DNA from: Candidatus Latescibacterota bacterium
Lineage (GTDB): Bacteria > Latescibacterota > UBA2968 > GCA-2709665
Assembly (NCBI GenBank): GCA_965219995.1
Contig: CBDCOX010000002.1
Location: forward strand, 3,136,001 to 3,200,000
Length of the DNA: 64,000 nt
Direction: 5' to 3'
Shown: in pieces, positions 10,915 to 21,567 of the stretch
Position numbering within the stretch: position 1 is the first letter of the stretch
Layout: each line of letters opens with the position of its first letter
Translations under genes and position numbers: made by a program
The notes under the pieces: generated by a model
The model's database searches: none
What the model was told of the DNA's origin: nothing
Seen by the model: the letters and a program-made list of their open reading frames with translations, nothing else

Positions 10915-11244
10915 AAAAGGCGGTGAGACGGGAGACGGGAGACGGGAGATGATCACCCTTCGCCCATCGGATATCGATACGGACTCGCGATATCTACCTG
11001 CGATACCGAAGGAACCCTAAAAAGCGGTGAAACGGGAGATACCGTGAGCGCCCTAAAGGCGGTGAGACGGGAGACGTGAGACGTGAGATGATATCAGTGC
11101 CCCAAAGGCGGGGAGACGTTAGAGGTAAGACGGGAGATGATATGAGTGCCCGTGCGGATTCATATCTTGCCAGAGGCATTTAGCTAGAACCAATCGGGCA
11201 CGGACGTCATCTACCGTCTCCCCTCTCCCGTCTCCCCGCCTTTA
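10915..11244 (+). repeat. Heptamer-arm element array (L-D-L-L-L-C-R)
   Basis: Spans from the hppA RBS to the pth stop codon, which lies inside the terminus CCCCGCCTTTA. Confidence 0.9.
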
Positions 11245-11799
11245 TGAATTAAACCGATTCATCGCCTCGTCAATGCCGGATTCCATCCAGCATGCCGCCC
11301 CGGAGGCGGCCGCGCGGATCGCCGCGTTTACGGTGTCGCGCTCATCGTCTTCGAACGGGTTCAGGACGTGCTCGATCCGGTCCGCGCCTTCCGGCGGCGC
11401 CCCGATGCCCACCCGCAGCCGGGGAAACGCCCCGGATCCCGCGCAATCGATAATCGACGCCAGCCCGTTATGCCCCCCGTCGCTGCCGCCGCGCCGCAGC
11501 CGGATCCGGCCCAGGTCCAGGTGGACGTCGTCCACGACCACCAGGGCTTCCTCGATGCCGACTTCGAAACGATCCAGGACCTGCGCCACCGCAACGCCGC
11601 TGCGATTCATGTACGTGGTCGGCTTCACCAGCATCAGCGTCCGGTCGTCCTTCCCGATCCGGCAAAAAAAATACCAGGCGCTTTCCGACCAGGTCCCCTT
11701 CAGCCTTGACGCCAGCAGGTTCACCACCCGATAGCCCAGGTTGTGGCGGGTATGAGCGTATTCGGAACCCGGGTTGCCCAGACCCACGACAACCTTCAC
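11242..11799 (-). CDS. pth: Peptidyl-tRNA hydrolase
   Basis: VVGLGNPG..Y.HTRHNLG, KPTTYMNRSG, GGSDGGHNGL, FPRLRVGIG. Confidence 0.98.
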   Translation of the reverse strand: MKVVVGLGNPGSEYAHTRHNLGYRVVNLLASRLKGTWSESAWYFFCRIGKDDRTLMLVKPTTYMNRSGVAVAQVLDRFEVGIEEALVVVDDVHLDLGRIRLRRGGSDGGHNGLASIIDCAGSGAFPRLRVGIGAPPEGADRIEHVLNPFEDDERDTVNAAIRAAASGAACWMESGIDEAMNRFNS

Positions 11800-11809
11800 G
11801 AGAACCCCC

Positions 11810-12090
11810 TAAAAACGGTGAGACGGGAGACGGGAGATGATTACCCTTCGTCCATCGGATATCGATACGGACTCGCGATATCTACCTCTGATGTCGAAGG
11901 CCCTACCCCCAACCCCGGGGAGACGGGAGACGTGAGACGGGAGATGATGTGAATGCTCTATGGTTTTTCTAGTCGCTATGATAACGGTAAATTAGTAGGC
12001 ACGGTTTTTGTGGAAACACTGCTGTAAATGTCTTCATCTACCGTCTACTTACGTCTCACCTCTTTCAGGTTTTTCCTCTACAGTCTTACC
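11810..12090 (+). repeat. Heptamer-arm element array (L-D-L-B-R), left flank of the four-helix-bundle gene
   Basis: Near-identical to 12513-12800. Confidence 0.9.
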
Positions 12091-12094
12091 GAAG

Positions 12095-12463
12095 CTAAGA
12101 TGATACTCTGCTTATCAATCCTGACAGCAAACCAAACAATCGATTCATTGTTTTTATTATTGATTGAACGTCATCTTCCGAACACATTTGGAGGCTTAGT
12201 GCAATTTCAAGCTGAGTATCCAACTCAACCAACGAACTCCTGGCGATTTCCAGAAATCTTTTGCGTTCAGAACTCGAAGATCTCGCCGACCCTTCGGCAA
12301 TGTTGGACGGTATTGAGACAGCAGATCGTCGTAACTGGCCGGTTAGGCCATAAAGTTCGGCGGAGGGGAATTCAGCGGTCAGCGTATAAATCTCGTTGAC
12401 CAGATCAATGCTCTTTTTCCATACCACAAGCTTCTTGTGGCTGAGTTCCATCATCGCGTGCAA
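12095..12463 (-). CDS. Four-helix-bundle protein (23S rRNA-IVS / S23 / Avd-like family)
   Basis: HKKLVVWKKSIDLV.EIY.LT..FP..ELYGLTGQLRRSAVSIPSNIAEG...FLEIARSSLVELDTQLEIA signature; visibly AT-richer than its neighbours; start may be ATG 12454. Confidence 0.93.
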   Translation of the reverse strand: MHAMMELSHKKLVVWKKSIDLVNEIYTLTAEFPSAELYGLTGQLRRSAVSIPSNIAEGSARSSSSERKRFLEIARSSLVELDTQLEIALSLQMCSEDDVQSIIKTMNRLFGLLSGLISRVSS

Positions 12464-12494
12464 GCGCTATCGTTCCTCCCCGCAGCCCCCAACC

Positions 12495-12908
12495 CCGGGG
12501 AGACGGTAGACGTAAGACGGGAGATGATTACCCTTCGCCCATCGGATATCGATACGGACTCGCGATATCTACCTCTGATGTCGAAGGCCCTACCCCCAAC
12601 CCCGGGGAGACGGGAGACGTGAGACGGGAGATGATGTGAGTGCCTGAAGAGCGGGTAGACGTTAGACGGGAGACGGGAGATACCGTGAGTGCCCTATGGT
12701 TTTTCTTGATTGCTACGATAACGGTAAATTAGCAGGCACGGTTTGTGTAGAAACACTGCTGTAAATGTCTTCATCTACCGTCTACCCTCTTACGTCTCAC
12801 CGGTTCTATTGCCCCGTGTGGTTTCACATCTTGCCAGAGGCATTGAGTAAGAACCAATGGGGCAAGGATGTTATCTACCGTCTACCCTCTCACGTCTCAC
12901 CGCTCTTA
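12495..12908 (+). repeat. Heptamer-arm element array (L-D-L-L-B-R-C-R), right flank
   Basis: Terminus CACCGCTCTTA includes the rplY stop codon. Confidence 0.9.
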
Positions 12909-13592
12909 TTCTTCGTCGTCCTCGTCTTCGTCCTTCTTGCCGCGTTCGATGACTTCGGGTTCCTGCATCTCTTCTTCTTCCTCGAGCACCTCTTCCTCTT
13001 CCTCTTCGACCTGAGCGATTGAAGGCGGAACCACGACAAACACGGACCGGTCGCTCTCGGTAACGATCTCCACGTCGCCGGACACGCTCAGATCGGAGAC
13101 GTGCACCGAGTCTCCGATATTCAGATGGTTCACGTCGAACCCGATGCTTTCCGGGATCTCGGCGGGCAGACACGACACCTCCACCTGGTGCAGCAACTGC
13201 TCCAGAATACCGCCTTCCGTGCGGACGCCGGCGGGAATGCCCTGGGGTTCGACGCGAACGTCCACGACGATTTTCTGGGTGAGCGAGATCCGGTAGAAGT
13301 CCGCGTGGAGGAGATGACCGCCAACGGGGTGGTGCTGCAGCTCCTTGACGATGGCGGTGTCTTCGGATTGATCCTCGCCGTTGCCCACAACCAGGGACAG
13401 AAGCGTATTCCGGCCGTGTTCGTGCAAGACCGTTGACAACGCCTTCGCATCGACCGAACAGGCGACGGACGCGCCGCGGTCGCCATAGACCACCGCGGGA
13501 ATCCTCCCGGTACGCCGGATGCGCTTGGCCTCGCCCTTTCCGGTTCCGGAGCGTACTTCGGCCTGCAAACTTACGCCGTTATTGTCAGCCAT
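12906..13592 (-). CDS. rplY: 50S ribosomal protein L25/Ctc
   Basis: GKGEAKRIRRTGRIPAVVYG, QHHPV..HLLHADF, GVRTEGGIL, EPEVIERGKKDE. Confidence 0.97.
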   Translation of the reverse strand: MADNNGVSLQAEVRSGTGKGEAKRIRRTGRIPAVVYGDRGASVACSVDAKALSTVLHEHGRNTLLSLVVGNGEDQSEDTAIVKELQHHPVGGHLLHADFYRISLTQKIVVDVRVEPQGIPAGVRTEGGILEQLLHQVEVSCLPAEIPESIGFDVNHLNIGDSVHVSDLSVSGDVEIVTESDRSVFVVVPPSIAQVEEEEEEVLEEEEEMQEPEVIERGKKDEDEDDEE

Positions 13593-13635
13593 TGACCGAT
13601 CCTCCACATTTTTTTACCAGAACTGCGGTTTTGCA

Positions 13636-13706
13636 CTGCCGGGCAGGGATTCGAACCCCGATAAACGGCTCCAAAGGCCGCTGTCTTACCCTTAGACGAC
13701 CCGGCA
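13636..13706 (-). tRNA. tRNA-Gln(TTG), CCA not encoded
   Basis: TGCCGGGTCGTCTAAGGGTAAGACAGCGGCCTTTGGAGCCGTTTATCGGGGTTCGAATCCCTGCCCGGCAG folds as a cloverleaf; conserved position after ispE. Confidence 0.96.
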
Positions 13707-13845
13707 TCAATAACCGGAACCCGGATGCTGCGTGCGATCAGTCCGCGAGCCATCGTTGAGGCGGCAATCGACCGGGGTCGTACGTTGTTATGACTATATA
13801 TTAATGTATAAGGAACCGCAAACGGCTCGATCCGATTCCGGACGG

Positions 13846-14718
13846 CTACGGTTCGCGCGGCCGGAACCGACACAGATAGACCCGGCGCCCGCGGCCCTGC
13901 ACCAGGCCAACCACGGCCGAAGCTTGCGAGGCCTCACGAAAAACGCCGAAGAGCGTGGATCCGCTGCCCGAAACCGAACAGGCAACCGCGCCCCGGGCGT
14001 CCAGCGCCGCAAGGATCCGCGCCACGTCGCCGGCGGCGGCTTCCACGAGGGGCAGAAAGTCGTTTTCCAGGCAGGCGAACAATCGGCCGGCGCAGATCCG
14101 GCCGGATTTTTCCGCAAAGTCCAGAAATGTACCATACGCTGCTGAATCTGTCAAGCCAATTCTCACGTTTCGATAGGCCCATGCGGTGGACACGGGGAAC
14201 CCCGGATACACCAGTACATACCAGAAATCGCCCTCCCAATCCACCGGTCGGATCCGCTCTCCGCGCCCCGTTACCACGGCCGTGCCGCCGGTGAGGAAGA
14301 ACGGGACGTCGGACCCGAGTTCCGCGGCGAGCGAGGCCAATCGCTCCGGCCCCAGACACGTTCCCCACAGCCGGTCCAGCGCGCGCAGCGCCGTGGCCGC
14401 GTTGGAACTCCCGCCGCCCAGGCCCGCGCCCGCGGGAATGTGTTTGACCAGGTCCACGCGCACCCCGTTGCGTGCGCCCGTTGCCCGGCGGAGGATTTCA
14501 ACGGCGCGGTACACGAGGTTCTCCGGCCCCGCGGGAACGTCCGGACGGTCGGCGCGGACCAGGGTTTCTCCGGGCGCGGCGGGCGTGAACACCAGCCGGT
14601 CGCACAGGTCCACCGTCTGAAGCACGGAGACGATATCGTGAAAGCCGTCCGGGCGGCGGCGCAGGATCTTCAGGCCCAGATTCAGCTTCGCGGGCGAAAT
14701 TTCAACAACGCGATCCAT
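13846..14718 (-). CDS. ispE: 4-diphosphocytidyl-2-C-methyl-D-erythritol kinase
   Basis: PAKLNLGL, RRPDGFHDI, KHIPAGAGLGGGSSNAA, LGSDVPFF, SGSGSTLF. Confidence 0.97.
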   Translation of the reverse strand: MDRVVEISPAKLNLGLKILRRRPDGFHDIVSVLQTVDLCDRLVFTPAAPGETLVRADRPDVPAGPENLVYRAVEILRRATGARNGVRVDLVKHIPAGAGLGGGSSNAATALRALDRLWGTCLGPERLASLAAELGSDVPFFLTGGTAVVTGRGERIRPVDWEGDFWYVLVYPGFPVSTAWAYRNVRIGLTDSAAYGTFLDFAEKSGRICAGRLFACLENDFLPLVEAAAGDVARILAALDARGAVACSVSGSGSTLFGVFREASQASAVVGLVQGRGRRVYLCRFRPREP

Positions 14719-14730
14719 TGGGAAAACCCT

Positions 14731-15175
14731 TAAAGGCGGTGAGACGGTAGACGGGAGACGGGAGATGATGACCCTTCGCCGATCGGATGTGTCGATACGG
14801 ACTGACGATATTTTCCGGCGATAGCGAAGGACCTCTCCGCCCGGCCCCCCTCCCCTGGTGAGACGTAAGACGGGAGACGTGAGATATTGTGAGTGCCCTA
14901 AAGGCGGGTAGACGTAAGACGTGAGACGGGAGATGATATGAATGCCTGTTCGGTATCATCTCTTGCCGCAGGCAGAAAGGAAGAACCAATCGGGCAAGGA
15001 CGTCTTCTACCGTCTTGCGTCTCACGTCTCACCGCTTTCATCTACCGTCTACCGTCTTGCGTCTAACGGGTTTTATTGCCCCATGTGGTTTCACATCTTG
15101 CCAGAGGCATTGAGTAAGAACCAATGGGGCAAGGACGTCATCTACCGTCTACCCTCTTACGTCTCACCGGTTTTT
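14731..15175 (+). repeat. Heptamer-arm element array (L-D-L-L-C-R-R-C-R)
   Basis: Same arms and modules, between the ispE start and its putative promoter. Confidence 0.9.
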
Positions 15176-15182
15176 GGCGCTC

Positions 15183-15210
15183 ATGATAACCCCGGTGGTC
15201 GTTCTGTCAA
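15183..15210 (-). promoter_or_regulatory. Putative sigma70 promoter for the ispE operon
   Basis: TTGACA-N16-TATCAT on the minus strand. Confidence 0.45.
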
Positions 15211-15367
15211 GCGCCAAACGGCCGCGGGGCGGCGGGGGCGACGGGCCCGGGAGGCGGGGGCATCTGCCAAACTTGCAGTCCATCGTACCGGAGGACGTCC
15301 AACCGGAATTGCCGGGCGCCCGCCCCGAGTCAGGGCCCGCGCACGCCGGGGAAATCCAAGTTAGGGA

Positions 15368-15396
15368 TTGACGCCCCCGCGCAAATGTGATAAATT
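15368..15396 (+). promoter_or_regulatory. Putative sigma70 promoter (extended -10)
   Basis: TTGACG-N17-TAAATT with TG preceding the -10 box. Confidence 0.5.
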
Positions 15397-15445
15397 GAAT
15401 GACGCTGCCGCACGGCGCCGCAAACACCCATAACCCCCATAAAAT

Positions 15446-18400
15446 ATGCAACTTTCCCGCATTTTTGCCCCAACGGCCTCCCGGCCGCGGCTGCTTTGCG
15501 GCGCGATCGTCGGGCTGTGTATCCTGCTGGCCTGGTATGCGCCCGTTGCGGGGCAGGCCGCCGAGGGCGAGAGCGAAAGCATCGAGCTCGCGCAACGGCT
15601 CTTCGACAACCGGGATTATGCCAATGCGGCGCACGAGTTCCGGCGCTTCATCGCCTCGTATCCCACGAGCCCGCGGCTTCCCTCGGCGCTTTATCAACTC
15701 GGCGAAGCCCTTTTCCTGGGAGAACAGTACAGCGACGCCGTCGATGCGTACGACGACTTCCTCGTACGCTATCCGGGACGCCTGGAAGCGGACCCGGCCC
15801 TGCGGCGAAAGGCCGAAGCCCTGGAGCGACTCTCTGAATACGCGAGAGCCGGCGCCGCCTTCCGGGACGCGCACGACCGGTTCGCCGCGGGCAAACACGC
15901 CGCCAGAAACCTCCTCGCGGCGGGGATCAACTTCCACAAAGGAAAGGACCTGGACGCCGCGGGCAAGGCGTTCGGCGCGCTGGTCGCCAATTTCCCGCAA
16001 TCCGGACTCGCCGCCGAAGCCGGGTACCGGTGGGGGCTCGTACTGCTGGACGCGGGTCGTCAGGAAGAGGCGCTGGGCCGGTTCAAGACCATATCGGATC
16101 CGGGCGCGGGTTCCAAATGGACGCCGGACGCCCTGCTCGAGATCGGAAAAACCGCCCTCGCAATGAACGACGTGAAGGAGGCGGAGGCGGCTTTCGGCAC
16201 GCTGCGCAGGGCGTATCCCAGGCATGCCGCGGCCGGCGCCTCCTACCTGGAACTGGCCGCCTGGTTCGAAGGCCGCGAGAACTGGCCGAAGGCCGCTGAA
16301 ATCTACGGCCTCGCCCGGGCCAATCTCCCGCAAAGCGAAGGCCGCAGGCAGGCGGTGCTGGGCCTGGCCGGCGCCTGGCTCGAACTGGGACGCACAGCCG
16401 AGGCGCTCGCGCTCTTCACCGAGTTCATCAACGTCTATGCGGACAGCCCCTACCTGGACCGCGCCTGGCTGGGCCTGGGACGCGCCCACGCCAACCTGAA
16501 ACAAACCCGCGAGGCCCGGAATGCGTTCCGGCGCCTCCGGGAACTCTTCCCGGAATCGGAGGCCGGCATCCAGGCGCACGCGGAGATGGGCGACGCATGG
16601 CGGGCCGCGGGCGCGCCACGAAGGGCATTGAGGGCATACCGGGCCTACGCCGATCAGGCGGAAGCGCCCGGCGCCGTCGAATCGGCCCGGCTGCGGATCG
16701 CGCGTACGTACGAACATGATCTGGGATGGCACGATCTGGCGCTGGCGGTCTACCGGGACCTGGCAAAAACTGCTCAGGCCGCGGTTGCCGGCGAGGCGCA
16801 GTTCGGCATCGCCCGTATTCTGGATCGAACCGGGCGGACGGACCGGGCCATTCGCGAATACCGGGCCTACCTGCAGAAATACAACAGGCGCGCCGGCGAG
16901 GCCGAAAATCGCATCCGCTACCTGCGGGAGTTCGGCCGCGAGGCCCCCGGCGTACCGCCTGCCGACCTGGCCGCGCTGCTCTCGAGTTTCCCGGCAATCG
17001 CGGACGATCCGCGGGCCCGATTCGTACTGGGAAAATTCCTTCACGACCGGCGGCATTACGCCCTCGCCGCCGAAACACTCGTCAAAGCGCTGTCGGGAGA
17101 ACCCCCGCCGCCGTTTGCCGCCGAGGCCGCCTGGCTTCTGGGCCGGAGCGCCCTGAAGGCGGCGCGGAAAGCGGAACTGGAAGGCAGGCGCGAGCAGGCG
17201 TCGTCCTGGCGGGAGAAGGGCCTCGCGGCGCTTGCCGAGGTCGAGACCGGGCATCCCGAAAGCGAGTTCGCGGACGACGCCGGCCTGTTGCGGATCGAAA
17301 CGGAGACCCGCCTGCCTGCCGCGCCGGACAGCGCGGCGCAGGCAGGCGAAGTCGAAACGGACACGGCGAGCGCGAGGCGGCGACTCGCGGCGTACGGCGA
17401 ATTCGCGAAGACGTACCCCGGGTCCGACCGGCTGGACCGGGCGCTGCTGGGGATGGCCGACGCGATGCGCACGCTCAGCCGGGTGGAACCCGCGTGGATC
17501 GACTCCGCCCTGACGACCTACGGCGATATCATTGACGCGTATCCGAAGCGCCCGGCGGCGGAACGGGCGGCCTACGGCATCGGACTGTGCCAGGCCCTGA
17601 AGAAAGACTACGCGGCCGCCGAGGAAACGCTGCGCGATTTCCTCTTCGCGTATCCGCAAAGCGACCTGGAGAGCCACGCCAGGTACGAGCTCGGCCGCAT
17701 CCTCCTGGAACGGGGGTTTCCCAGGAGCGCGGCGGACGACCTGGCCGAGCTTCTCGCGGGTCCGGCGTCGCCCGAGCTGGCGCGGTCCGCGCGTAACCTG
17801 CTGGCCGAGAGCTACTTTCGGGCCGAAGATTACCGTCGCGCCATCGAAATCGACACCGAACTGCTTTCTGTCGGGCCCGACGAGCCCGCGCTCCGGCGGC
17901 TCGCGCGGTCCTACGAGGCGAACGGACAGGCGGCCGAAGCCATCGAAACCTGCCAGACCCTGCTGAACGCGTATCCGAACGCGGCCGACGCCGACAGCTT
18001 CGCGTACGCCCGGGCGCGGCTGCTGGCGGACCTGGACCGGGAGCCCGAAGCCGTCGCGGCTTTCAAAGCGTTCCCCGGACAATATCCCGAGAGCCCGCTG
18101 AAGGCCAACGCGGGCATGGCCCTGGCATCCCTCCTGTTCGAAGCCGGAGAATACCGGAATGCCCTGGCGGCCATTGCGCTCATCCCCGCGGACGCGAGGG
18201 ACGCGCCGGTCGCCGCGAGCGAAGTCATCAGCCTGTTCCGCCTGAAACGCGTGCAGGACGCAAAAAAAGCAGCGGGCAGGTTCAAGAAGACCTACCCGAA
18301 CAGCCGCGAGTGGCTCGGCAGATTCAGGAACGAGGAGGGCCGGTACTATCTGAACGCCGGCAACTTCAAGAAAGCCCGTCAGATTTTCGAAGGCGTGGTC

Positions 18401-19174
18401 AGGGACCGACCCGGCGGCGAGGCCGAGGCCGAAGCCGCCTGGTATCGCGTCAGGACACTGAAAAGAGAGGGTCCGGAGGAAGCATACCGGGAAGCGCTCG
18501 CGGCCTTCGTGAAGACCCGTTCAGGCAGCAGCCGCTGGTCCGCCGCGGCCCTGGAGCTGGCCGATATCCTCTACGACGGCGGGGACTTTGAACGGGCGTC
18601 CAGAGCCTACCGGAACGTGCTCGAGGCCGGCCCGTCGCCCGAAGAAACGCCGAAGGTGCTGTCCAGGCTGATGAAGGTCCACAGGCGCCTGAAGCTGCTG
18701 GATACCGCGATCGCCTACGCCAACCGGCTCGTGCAGGAATTCCCGGGGCACCCGCTCGCGTCGGACGTCCGCATCGATATTGGAACCATGCTGCACGACA
18801 ACAAGCAATACAGGCTGGCAATCGCCCGGCTGACGCCCTTGCTGAAAAACGCCGAGGGGAACGACTGGTCGACCATCCAGTATTGGCTCGCGAAGAGCCA
18901 CTTCGGACTGCGAGACTACGAAAGCGCGAAACGGGAATACCTGAAACTTCAATATCAGTTTCAGGGCGCCCCGCAGTGGGCGGCCACCGCGCACGACGGC
19001 CTCGCCAACTGCTACGAAGCCCAGGGGAACTTCCAGGAGGCGATCCGGGAGCTCGAGTCCATCCGGCGACGGGAGGGGGCCGCCAGCGACTTCGGCCTCC
19101 AGGCCGGAAAACGCATCGAAATGCTGAAGGCTCTCCTGAACAGCAGCCGGGAATCCGCGCCGCGTGGGCCGTAA
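15446..19174 (+). CDS. Large exported TPR-repeat protein (BamD/CpoB-like repeats)
   Basis: Signal peptide; many A...F..FI..YP.S.....ALY.LG repeats. Confidence 0.85.
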   Translation: MQLSRIFAPTASRPRLLCGAIVGLCILLAWYAPVAGQAAEGESESIELAQRLFDNRDYANAAHEFRRFIASYPTSPRLPSALYQLGEALFLGEQYSDAVDAYDDFLVRYPGRLEADPALRRKAEALERLSEYARAGAAFRDAHDRFAAGKHAARNLLAAGINFHKGKDLDAAGKAFGALVANFPQSGLAAEAGYRWGLVLLDAGRQEEALGRFKTISDPGAGSKWTPDALLEIGKTALAMNDVKEAEAAFGTLRRAYPRHAAAGASYLELAAWFEGRENWPKAAEIYGLARANLPQSEGRRQAVLGLAGAWLELGRTAEALALFTEFINVYADSPYLDRAWLGLGRAHANLKQTREARNAFRRLRELFPESEAGIQAHAEMGDAWRAAGAPRRALRAYRAYADQAEAPGAVESARLRIARTYEHDLGWHDLALAVYRDLAKTAQAAVAGEAQFGIARILDRTGRTDRAIREYRAYLQKYNRRAGEAENRIRYLREFGREAPGVPPADLAALLSSFPAIADDPRARFVLGKFLHDRRHYALAAETLVKALSGEPPPPFAAEAAWLLGRSALKAARKAELEGRREQASSWREKGLAALAEVETGHPESEFADDAGLLRIETETRLPAAPDSAAQAGEVETDTASARRRLAAYGEFAKTYPGSDRLDRALLGMADAMRTLSRVEPAWIDSALTTYGDIIDAYPKRPAAERAAYGIGLCQALKKDYAAAEETLRDFLFAYPQSDLESHARYELGRILLERGFPRSAADDLAELLAGPASPELARSARNLLAESYFRAEDYRRAIEIDTELLSVGPDEPALRRLARSYEANGQAAEAIETCQTLLNAYPNAADADSFAYARARLLADLDREPEAVAAFKAFPGQYPESPLKANAGMALASLLFEAGEYRNALAAIALIPADARDAPVAASEVISLFRLKRVQDAKKAAGRFKKTYPNSREWLGRFRNEEGRYYLNAGNFKKARQIFEGVVRDRPGGEAEAEAAWYRVRTLKREGPEEAYREALAAFVKTRSGSSRWSAAALELADILYDGGDFERASRAYRNVLEAGPSPEETPKVLSRLMKVHRRLKLLDTAIAYANRLVQEFPGHPLASDVRIDIGTMLHDNKQYRLAIARLTPLLKNAEGNDWSTIQYWLAKSHFGLRDYESAKREYLKLQYQFQGAPQWAATAHDGLANCYEAQGNFQEAIRELESIRRREGAASDFGLQAGKRIEMLKALLNSSRESAPRGP

Positions 19175-19219
19175 ACCGCCGGCGCCCGAACACGAACCCG
19201 ATTCACCCGAACGACCGCG

Positions 19220-20767
<1,548 letters not shown>

Positions 20768-20769
20768 AC

Positions 20770-21463
20770 AAGCGGGGAGACGTTAGACGGGAGACGGGAG
20801 ATGATCACCCTTCGCCCATCGGATATCGATACGGACTGGCGATATCTACCTGCGATACCGAAGGCCCCTCCCCGCACCCCTCGCCCCCGCAAACCTCTCC
20901 CCCCGGCCCCTCAACCCCGGGGTAGACGTAAGACGTGAGACGGGAGATACCGTGAGTGCCCTATGGTTTTTCTTGATTGCTACGATAACGGTAAAATAGC
21001 AGGCACGGTTTGTGTAGAAACACTGCTGTAAATGTCTTCATCTACCGTCTACCCTCTTACGTCTCACCGGTCTTATTGCCCGCTGTGGTTTCACTTCTTG
21101 CCGGAGGCACAAGGGTAGAACCAATTGGGCAAGGATGTCTTCTACCGTCTACCCTCTCCCGTCTCCCCGAATTTACGCAGACCTCTCCCCCCGGCCCCTC
21201 AACCCCGGGGTAGACGTAAGACGTGAGACGGGAGATACCGTGAGTGCCCTATGGTTTTTCTTGATTGCTACGATAACGGTAAAATAGCAGGCACGGTTTG
21301 TGTAGAAACACTGCTGTAAATGTCTTCATCTACCGTCTACCCTCTTACGTCTCACCGGTTTTATTGCCCGCTGTGGTTTCACTTCTTGCCGGAGGCACAA
21401 AGGTAGAACCAATCGGGCAAAGATGTCATCTGCCGTCTCACGTCTACCGTCTTACCGCTTTTT
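20770..21463 (+). repeat. Heptamer-arm element array with a 288-bp tandem duplication
   Basis: L-D-[L-B-R-C-R]x2; units start at 20893 and 21181. Confidence 0.92.
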
Positions 21464-21464
21464 C

Positions 21465-21493
21465 GGAACCTTTGCCCGGTCTTCAGGGTCTAA
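21465..21493 (+). promoter_or_regulatory. Putative ECF (RpoE/AlgU-type) promoter of degP
   Basis: GGAACCT-N17-TCTAA upstream of an HtrA gene, a canonical sigmaE target. Confidence 0.6.
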
Positions 21494-21567
21494 CACCCGT
21501 GACACGCGAATAACAGACGAACGCATCTTCGAGCCACCCAGGAGACCTGAGAAAGGGGATTTTCCCG

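Noticed and set aside
12095-12463. Diversity-generating retroelement or rRNA intervening sequence
   Set aside because: No reverse transcriptase, no TR/VR pair with adenine-specific differences, and no rRNA sequence in the window
13636-13706. tRNA-Gln as an integration site
   Set aside because: No duplicated tRNA 3' end noticed elsewhere in the window
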